A stretch of 64,000 nucleotides of DNA from Clostridia bacterium. Lineage in GTDB: Bacteria; Bacillota; Clostridia; Lutisporales; Lutisporaceae. The notes under the pieces are model-generated. The model was given only the letters and a program-made list of their open reading frames with translations, did no database searches and was not told the DNA's origin. Where the stretch lies: positions 213-64,212 of the forward strand of contig JAGOLK010000004.1 of the NCBI GenBank assembly GCA_017994115.1. Direction: 5' to 3'. Made by a program: the position numbers and the translations under genes. Numbering within the stretch: position 1 is the stretch's first letter; each line of letters opens with the position of its first letter. Below are positions 57,927 through 64,000 of the stretch, piece by piece.

Positions 57927-58397
57927 TTAATACTTCTTCACAATATCCGGGATATCATCCGGAACCAATTTGCCGTATACATCTTCACCAATCATCATTA
58001 CCGGAGCAAGGCCACAGCAGCCCAGGCATCTGGTTGCCTCAAGAGTAAACTTTCCATCCGATGTCGTACCCCCGGTTTTTACATTCAGCTCTTCTTCAAG
58101 TCTTTCAAGTACCCCTTTGGAGTTCTTAACATAGCAGGCTGTTCCGAGACATACGCTTATTGTGTGCTTGCCTCTCGGAGTCAAGGTGAACCTTGAATAA
58201 AAAGTAGCTACGCCGAATATTTCAGCTACCGGAATGTTTAATACTTCTGATATCCTCTTCATTACTTCCTCAGGAATATATCCGAATAATTCCTGTGCTT
58301 CATGAAGAATTGGTATTAAAGCACCCTTCTGATCCTTATGCTCCAGGATAACGTCCTCCAATTTCTCCATGTTTTCCTTCATTGCTGCGTCAGACAT
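57927..58397 (-). CDS. NuoE-like [2Fe-2S] subunit (HydC/HndA type)
   Basis: The Cys pattern is CLGTACYV ... CLGCCGLAP. RBS is GAAGGAGGG. Confidence 0.85.
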   Translation of the reverse strand: MSDAAMKENMEKLEDVILEHKDQKGALIPILHEAQELFGYIPEEVMKRISEVLNIPVAEIFGVATFYSRFTLTPRGKHTISVCLGTACYVKNSKGVLERLEEELNVKTGGTTSDGKFTLEATRCLGCCGLAPVMMIGEDVYGKLVPDDIPDIVKKY

Positions 58398-58685
58398 TAA
58401 AGAGTTCCCTCCTTCAAATATTTATAATTGGAAATAGTAACAACTTATATTGAATACACGGATTCAATAAAATTTAGGTTGTTGTTTCGTGAACTTTTGC
58501 CTTCTTTTTATTTGTTTTTCACGAAAATAACTATTGATATAAATTTGTCAATTACGTCCTACAATATTGTATCACATATTAGATATTTTTTTAACAAATA
58601 TTTTAATATTTTTTCTTTTTCCTGTTTGTTTTTTCTGAAACTGTATATAATAATTGGTTTGGAGTATTTTTTTATTTAAAGTTTT

Positions 58686-59402
58686 TTATTGTTTGGGGTC
58701 CAGCTTGCTGAAAAGCTCACTGACCGTCAGGCAATCCAGCTCAATAAAAAAATCCCTTTCGCTTATATCTTCAAGATAATGAGCGTCAGAGGAAATTATA
58801 TAATTGAATCTGCTAAGAAAAGGATACTTTTTAAAAGCTGCATCCGGAGTGCATCTTTTTGATATTTCCACTGTTTTGACCTTAAGATCCGGAGGAATGA
58901 AGCCAAGATTGGTTATGATACTGAAACCCTGTCTGTCCACATGAGCGGGTATACACACCCCTCCAAGCCCTCTGGTCAATATGAACACATCATTGACTGA
59001 GAGTATTGTGGAAGACAGAAGCAGCTTATGCTCTTTTCCTATTATTTCATCTGAACTGTTAAAAATCAGTTGACGTCCGAAAATTTCTTCGTTGTTCTCT
59101 ATATCCGGTAAGGAATTATAAACAATCTCCGCGAATTTCATTGCTCCTTCCATTCTTTTAAAAAGGCACAATAAATGAACTTCCTCTTTTGTCTGAACCT
59201 CCATTCCCGGAATAACCATCAATCCGTTCTCTTTTGCTGCTTCCATAACGGCAGGAAGATTGCTGCAGGAATTGTGATCTGTAACCGCTATGATATCGAG
59301 CCCTTTCAACAAGGCCATATTTACAATGTTGCATGGTGTCATATCCTCATCACCGCACGGTGATAATGCGGAGTGTATGTGAAAATCCACCGCAAATTCC
59401 AT
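58686..59402 (-). CDS. PHP (polymerase/histidinol phosphatase) domain protein
   Basis: The start is MEFAVDFHIHSALSPCG, and VTDHNS is present. Confidence 0.7.
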   Translation of the reverse strand: MEFAVDFHIHSALSPCGDEDMTPCNIVNMALLKGLDIIAVTDHNSCSNLPAVMEAAKENGLMVIPGMEVQTKEEVHLLCLFKRMEGAMKFAEIVYNSLPDIENNEEIFGRQLIFNSSDEIIGKEHKLLLSSTILSVNDVFILTRGLGGVCIPAHVDRQGFSIITNLGFIPPDLKVKTVEISKRCTPDAAFKKYPFLSRFNYIISSDAHYLEDISERDFFIELDCLTVSELFSKLDPKQ

Positions 59403-59403
59403 A

Positions 59404-59739
59404 CTACTCAATTCCCATCCTGTATAGTTCTTTTGCAATCCCATATGCGCTTAAGCCCGACAGGTACACAGGCACTCCCTCATCCTCCGCTTTTCGGAGA
59501 GTATCCTCCTCAACCTCCACGCCTTCGGGTATAATGATACAGCCCAGTTCAAGCAAAGTTGCCACTGCGACGATATTTGCATGAGTCTGCACGGTTATCC
59601 ATGCGTCTCCTTTACTGGCATGAGCCATAGCCCAGCTTAAAAGATCACATATATAAACTCCGGTAAGCTCCCTGCTGGTTCCGGCCTCTCCTGCCAACAG
59701 CTTCAATCCAATTTTTTCTCCGGCATCTCTTACTAACAT
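59404..59739 (-). CDS. DRTGG domain protein
   Basis: A 111 aa small single-domain protein, paralogous in architecture to 61513-61863. Confidence 0.6.
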   Translation of the reverse strand: MLVRDAGEKIGLKLLAGEAGTSRELTGVYICDLLSWAMAHASKGDAWITVQTHANIVAVATLLELGCIIIPEGVEVEEDTLRKAEDEGVPVYLSGLSAYGIAKELYRMGIE

Positions 59740-59750
59740 GTTAACCCTCC

Positions 59751-61031
59751 CTATAATTGCGGTTTTTCTTTATTGAAACTTTTCATGGTTTTGACTATGC
59801 AAACTGCATTCCGGTTTTCACCCTTCACTATGTCCTCTGCAAATGCCTTGCAGGTTGGAGCCCCGCAGACACCGCAGTCTATTCCCGGCAAGTCCTTCAG
59901 CATTTCCTTTATCTTTTCCATTTTCTTAATGGATTTGCCGATATCATCATCCAGACGCATTACAGCTATGGGCTCAATGGCTTCAGTCAATCGGATGAAT
60001 CCGCTCTTATACATTTCTATTTGTTTCTTAATCTCTTCCTCACCGGGATTTGAATCCGGAAGCCCTTTTGCAAGGGTTTTCATGCGTCTCTTGGCTATAA
60101 AAGGGTTCTCTATTGTAAGAGGCCCTCCCACACAACCTCCGACACAGGCCATTCCCTCAAAAAACTCCAATCCCTCAAGCTTATCCATTTCAATTTCTTC
60201 CAGAATTTTAATAACCTCATGTATTCCATCTACGGCAAGGTAATTTTTTATACCCAAAGGCTCTCCCTGTCCTCCTATTATCGGCCATAACAAAGATTCC
60301 TTTGTACTCCTGGTCAGATCCTCCGCATTGCTGCCTAAATTTCTCAGCATCATGCCATATACATCCTTCATTGACAGTACACCATCGATGTAGGACTTTT
60401 TTATGCCTATGGGGTGTTTTACGCTTGTCATTCTGGCTGTGCAGGGAGAAATATAGATTACTCCTATCTCCTCCATGGAAAAACCTGTCTTTCTGACAGC
60501 CTCAGTCTTTGCAAGGCGTGCCGCTATCTCAACCGGCGTTTCTATATCCACAATATTAGGCAGCAGTTCAGGGAATCTAATCTGTATAAGCCTGAGGGCA
60601 GCAGGGCAACTAGAATTGATTATAGGGCGTTTTCTCTCAGGATTCTTGAGAATGTGGTTTTTTAATACATTGGTTATTATCTCTGTCCCAACAGATGCCT
60701 CGAAGATTTCATCGAAGCCTATCTTCTTTACGGCCGTAAGCATTTCATTGATTTCGACATTGCCTCGGAATTGCCCATACAGCACCAGAGACGGTACAGC
60801 AATAGTATATTTATAATTCTTTAATATTTCTTTACTGTCTGTGACAGCATTCTTGGCATGATTGGGGCATATTCTTATGCATTCACCGCAGTCAATGCAT
60901 TTTTCACCTATAATACAGGCTTTCCCTTCTTTCAGCCTTATAGCCTCTGTCGGACATACCTTCAAACAGCTTGTACAACCGACGCATCTATCTGCATCAA
61001 GCACAACCGAATGGAAGTGCTTCTCTTTCAT
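59751..61031 (-). CDS. [FeFe]-hydrogenase-like protein with divergent H-cluster motifs (putative sensory type)
   Basis: An N-terminal 2x[4Fe-4S] domain (CVGCTSCLKVCP, CIDCGECIRICP). The H-domain motifs are SSCP (in place of TSCCP), SPCTAR (in place of MPCxxK) and EGMACVGGCVGGP. There is a C-terminal CGVCGAPTC cluster. The start is probably the ATG at 61031, after AAGGTGA. Confidence 0.75.
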   Translation of the reverse strand: MKEKHFHSVVLDADRCVGCTSCLKVCPTEAIRLKEGKACIIGEKCIDCGECIRICPNHAKNAVTDSKEILKNYKYTIAVPSLVLYGQFRGNVEINEMLTAVKKIGFDEIFEASVGTEIITNVLKNHILKNPERKRPIINSSCPAALRLIQIRFPELLPNIVDIETPVEIAARLAKTEAVRKTGFSMEEIGVIYISPCTARMTSVKHPIGIKKSYIDGVLSMKDVYGMMLRNLGSNAEDLTRSTKESLLWPIIGGQGEPLGIKNYLAVDGIHEVIKILEEIEMDKLEGLEFFEGMACVGGCVGGPLTIENPFIAKRRMKTLAKGLPDSNPGEEEIKKQIEMYKSGFIRLTEAIEPIAVMRLDDDIGKSIKKMEKIKEMLKDLPGIDCGVCGAPTCKAFAEDIVKGENRNAVCIVKTMKSFNKEKPQL

Positions 61032-61032
61032 T

Positions 61033-61473
61033 TTATTCACCTTGCTCACCTGCTTTCAAATCTACTTCAATAACAATTTGAGTACCTGTTCCTTCTGAAG
61101 AAGTCACATAAAATCTGTCTGAGCATCTTTTCATATTGGGCAAACCCATGCCGGCTCCAAAGCCCATTTCCCTTACTCTATCGGTAGCCGTTGAATAACC
61201 TTCCTTCATTGCCAGTTCTACGTCAGCTATGCCCGGCCCCCTGTCACTTGCTATTATCCTGATAACCCCAGGGGTAATCTCCAACACAATCTGACCCCCG
61301 GTAGAATGTATGACAATATTCATTTCCGCTTCGTAAGCGGCAATGGAAATCTTTCTTATAATACTTGAGTCGATACCCAATTCCCTCAATATTTTCTTTA
61401 CTTTGCTTGACGTTTCTCCCGCTCTGACAAAATCATCTTTTTCCACATTGAATATATACTTTATATCTTCCAT
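61033..61473 (-). CDS. RsbW/SpoIIAB-like GHKL serine kinase (anti-sigma regulatory factor family)
   Basis: The start is MEDIKYIF, 8 nt after GGAGGA, with AYEAEMNIVIHS and DRGPGI motifs. Confidence 0.65.
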   Translation of the reverse strand: MEDIKYIFNVEKDDFVRAGETSSKVKKILRELGIDSSIIRKISIAAYEAEMNIVIHSTGGQIVLEITPGVIRIIASDRGPGIADVELAMKEGYSTATDRVREMGFGAGMGLPNMKRCSDRFYVTSSEGTGTQIVIEVDLKAGEQGE

Positions 61474-61512
61474 TAGGTAATTCCTCCAAATAGGCAGCCA
61501 AAATCCGGCCAA

Positions 61513-61863
61513 TCAATCGATACTTACACCTTCCAGCCCGTTGCTGTAAAGCTTGCCAGAAGCAGTATACATAGTATCCCTGGTCAACAGCAAAGCAATG
61601 CCCTTCTCAATAGCCAAGTCAACTATATCCTCGCCGGGTTTTTTCCCCCTGACAAAAACTATTGCGCTTAGGTCTGCCATTTCCGCAGTTCTTACCACCT
61701 GCTGGTTGGTTAGTCCGGTAAGGAGTAGGGTTTTGCCCTTTACAAAAGCTAATACGTCGCTCATAAGATCAGATCCGAAAGCATATGAAACCTCGTTTTC
61801 CAACAGATCGTCTCCGCACAGCACTTCTGCATTCAATACTTCTTTAACCTCACATATTTTCAT
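61513..61863 (-). CDS. DRTGG domain protein
   Basis: A 116 aa protein containing LLLTGLTNQQVVRTAEM. It is the first gene of the cluster. Confidence 0.6.
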   Translation of the reverse strand: MKICEVKEVLNAEVLCGDDLLENEVSYAFGSDLMSDVLAFVKGKTLLLTGLTNQQVVRTAEMADLSAIVFVRGKKPGEDIVDLAIEKGIALLLTRDTMYTASGKLYSNGLEGVSID

Positions 61864-61983
61864 ATATAAACCCCCTTAAGAGAACCATGTATGATGGTAT
61901 ACTTACAATATATATTTATTATACAATATAAAAAGCATAAAATCGACAATAAATTAACAAAGTCTTTCCGTTTCTTCTTTTTA

Positions 61984-62012
61984 TTGATATGCCCTTTTAT
62001 TTGTACTAAAAT
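61984..62012 (+). promoter_or_regulatory. Sigma-A promoter of the lytic transglycosylase gene
   Basis: TTGATA, a 17 nt spacer, then TAAAAT, about 15-25 nt upstream of the RBS AGGAGG. Confidence 0.5.
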
Positions 62013-62026
62013 AGAACCAACAGGAG

Positions 62027-62575
62027 GTGATTGAATTGTCTTCCATCTTATCCGGCATTCTTCGACAAAAGCTGTTAGAAATACAAAATCAGCTTCCTCC
62101 CTATGTCAAGATAATAAAGGACGACCCTCCAAGCTTTGAGAACGTACTTAACAAGGAGATCAATGAGCAATCCGATGTTCAAAATAATTACAGCGGAGAT
62201 TACAGCCATTTAATTAAAGCTGCTGCGAAAAAATATAATATCAACGAAAATTTAATAACCGCCGTTATGAAAGCAGAATCCGGCTTTGACCCTAATGCAG
62301 TATCAAGGGCAGGGGCAATGGGCCTGATGCAGCTTATGCCTGAAACCGCAGAAGCCTTGGGAATACATAACGCTTTTGACCCGCAGGAAAATATAGAAGG
62401 AGGCGTCAGATATCTTAAGGATATGCTGACAGAGTTTGGCGGTAATCTGGAGCTTGCTCTTGCAGCATACAATGCAGGCCCCAATGCTGTTAAGAAGTAC
62501 GGCGGGATACCGCCTTATGAAGAGACTCAGAACTATGTGAGAAAAGTAATGTCAAGCCTTAAAAACAAAACATGA
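62027..62575 (+). CDS. Lytic transglycosylase (SLT domain) protein
   Basis: AESGFDPNAVSRAGAMGLMQLMP and AYNAGP motifs. The start may be the TTG at 62036. Confidence 0.8.
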   Translation: MIELSSILSGILRQKLLEIQNQLPPYVKIIKDDPPSFENVLNKEINEQSDVQNNYSGDYSHLIKAAAKKYNINENLITAVMKAESGFDPNAVSRAGAMGLMQLMPETAEALGIHNAFDPQENIEGGVRYLKDMLTEFGGNLELALAAYNAGPNAVKKYGGIPPYEETQNYVRKVMSSLKNKT

Positions 62576-62577
62576 AA

Positions 62578-62634
62578 GAGACACGGGGACGTTTCACGTG
62601 TCTCTTTGAGACAGGCGAAACGTCCCCATGTCTC
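62578..62634. terminator. Long nested palindrome, bidirectional terminator between convergent genes
   Basis: GAGACAC GGGGACGTTTC ac GTGTCTC ttt GAGACAG gc GAAACGTCCCC ATGTCTC. Confidence 0.7.
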
Positions 62635-63168
62635 TTACAGCATTTCCCTTTTCATTATTATAAAATCCTCTGCAAGGGCATTGAGCTTAATATACTGTTC
62701 GATAGTCCTGAAGTAGCTGAATTCAAGCTTCTGCCAAAAACACCTCCCAACACTGTTTCCGGCAATTATTCCTATATAAATTCTCTTTACATCATAGCTC
62801 TTATTCAGCATGTTTATCAATGCTTCAGCAGCCTTGGTCCCAATTCCCAGTCTCTGATACCGGTTATCCACAAGAATTGAAGATATCCATGCTTCCTCGC
62901 TGTTTTCATAATCGATCCTTCCTTTTATTACACCAACCAGCTGCATGCCATCTTCTTTTTCAAGAAAAATACCGGTAAAGAATTCATGGCTGTTGACAAG
63001 CACTTCCAGATATTTTTCATTTATATCCCTCAGGGACATTCTTCTGTCTATGCCTGTTGCATATATGTTCTGATCATTCTGGTTATACAGATTAAGGACA
63101 GCCTTCAGATCCTCCTTGGTAATGTCCCTGAATATCAGATTATCTAATTTATTATTAAGAGTAAGCAT
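62635..63168 (-). CDS. GNAT family N-acetyltransferase
   Basis: An acetyl-CoA binding motif (RYQRLGIGTKAAEAL). Confidence 0.8.
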   Translation of the reverse strand: MLTLNNKLDNLIFRDITKEDLKAVLNLYNQNDQNIYATGIDRRMSLRDINEKYLEVLVNSHEFFTGIFLEKEDGMQLVGVIKGRIDYENSEEAWISSILVDNRYQRLGIGTKAAEALINMLNKSYDVKRIYIGIIAGNSVGRCFWQKLEFSYFRTIEQYIKLNALAEDFIIMKREML

Positions 63169-63446
63169 TTTTTCACCCGCATATCATATGTTTCGCAGCA
63201 AACATCTTCTGTCAAATTCAAATATCGCAAAACACTTTCTTTGATTTATACATCTTTTTGATTACTGAAATATATTCTACAAAACATAATAAATTCCTCT
63301 TTTAATTATTACTACAGCATTGCAATAAGCTAATTCCAGACGTTTCCATATGATTTAAACTAATTGCTTTACATTATCGTGATTTAATATATAATCTAAT
63401 TAATAGGAATATTCTACTAACCAATTTACTTGAGGCAGGTGATTTA

Positions 63447-64000
63447 ATGGCAGAAATAAGAATAATGAGGACTTCTGATTGTAAGCCGGGGATGGTATTG
63501 GCTTCTGACATCATAAACGACTATGGTGCAGTGATACTTTACCAGAACTCAATATTGGATGAATACTCCATAAGCAAATTGATGAAGCTGGGTTTGAATT
63601 TTGTCAAGATTTACAAGGATTATGAATTCAAAGAAAAGAAGCACGCTGTCATTGAGGCCCAATACAACAACAACCTTGAGGAATTTAAAGAAATAATCTG
63701 GGATATAAGCTGCGGAAAAACATTGGAAATGGAACGGGTAAGCGAAGTGTCAAGAAGCATCAGCAGCAATTTTGACTCGATACACGATCTTGTCTCATGC
63801 CTCAGTAAGGTCAGATCAATTAGTGAATATACCTACGCCCACAGTCTGAATGTATCACTTTTATGCTCCCTGCTGGGCTCCTGGCTGAACTTGGGGCATA
63901 AGCACATTGAGCAGCTTTCTTATTGCGGGATATTGCATGACATCGGGAAATCAAAAATGCCTCCTGAAATACTCAACAAACCTGATACACTTACTGAAGA
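63447..64000 (+). CDS. HD-GYP domain protein (partial; continues past the window end)
   Basis: YAHSLNVS ... GILHDIGKSKMP is the start of an HD-GYP/HD domain. The 3' end is truncated by the window. Confidence 0.7.
   Translation, partial: MAEIRIMRTSDCKPGMVLASDIINDYGAVILYQNSILDEYSISKLMKLGLNFVKIYKDYEFKEKKHAVIEAQYNNNLEEFKEIIWDISCGKTLEMERVSEVSRSISSNFDSIHDLVSCLSKVRSISEYTYAHSLNVSLLCSLLGSWLNLGHKHIEQLSYCGILHDIGKSKMPPEILNKPDTLTE

Noticed and set aside
57501-58196. 231 aa plus-strand ORF
   Set aside because: It lies antisense across the GHKL ATPase and NuoE-like genes, with no start context.
1-64000. Mobile elements, CRISPR arrays, defence islands and prophage genes
   Set aside because: No transposase, integrase, recombinase or Cas-like ORFs were seen, and there are no regularly spaced direct repeats. 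Gene order follows conserved Firmicute core synteny throughout.

Overview
This is a 64 kb chromosomal core region from a low-GC, spore-forming Firmicute, apparently class Clostridia. It is almost fully coding, mostly on the minus strand. I saw no rRNA or tRNA genes, CRISPR arrays, transposases or prophage genes. All protein family calls come from reading motifs in the supplied translations, because no database search could be run.

Gene content, left to right:
- An IclR/KipR-like regulator with a 5-oxoprolinase cluster (pxpA, a YcsG-like NRAMP transporter, pxpB, pxpC).
- A two-component system with a MacB/FtsX-type ABC exporter.
- A small zinc-ribbon protein that the ORF track misses.
- A membrane-anchored class A beta-lactamase-like serine hydrolase.
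- The selenocysteine machinery selD-selA-selB. SelD is itself a selenoprotein with an in-frame TGA, so the ORF track truncates it.
- comEA, a D-Ala-D-Ala carboxypeptidase, ridA with a YheO-like regulator, then rsfS, an LCP protein, yqeK and nadD.
- An aromatic amino acid supraoperon: aroF, tyrA, aroB, aroA, aroC, pheA and a fused aroE-aroK.
- A block syntenic with Bacillus subtilis: obg, a spo0B-like gene, rpmA, prp, rplU, then rng, a radical SAM pair, spoIVFB, an M23 peptidase, minEDC, PBP2, mreDCB, radC and maf.
- rnfCDGEAB.
- A NuoE/NuoF-type flavoprotein operon preceded by a sensory-type [FeFe]-hydrogenase-like gene with GHKL ATPase, DRTGG and PHP genes.
- A lytic transglycosylase, a GNAT acetyltransferase and a partial HD-GYP protein.

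The signals most worth following up:
1. Two related long palindromic noncoding elements, 265 and 194 nt, lying head-to-head between comEA and selD.
2. A consensus promoter, a Tyr/Phe-rich short ORF and a terminator abutting the aroF ribosome-binding site. This looks like leader-peptide attenuation.
3. The UGA/SECIS recoding in selD.
4. The hydrogenase-like regulatory cluster, which has no catalytic HydA gene.
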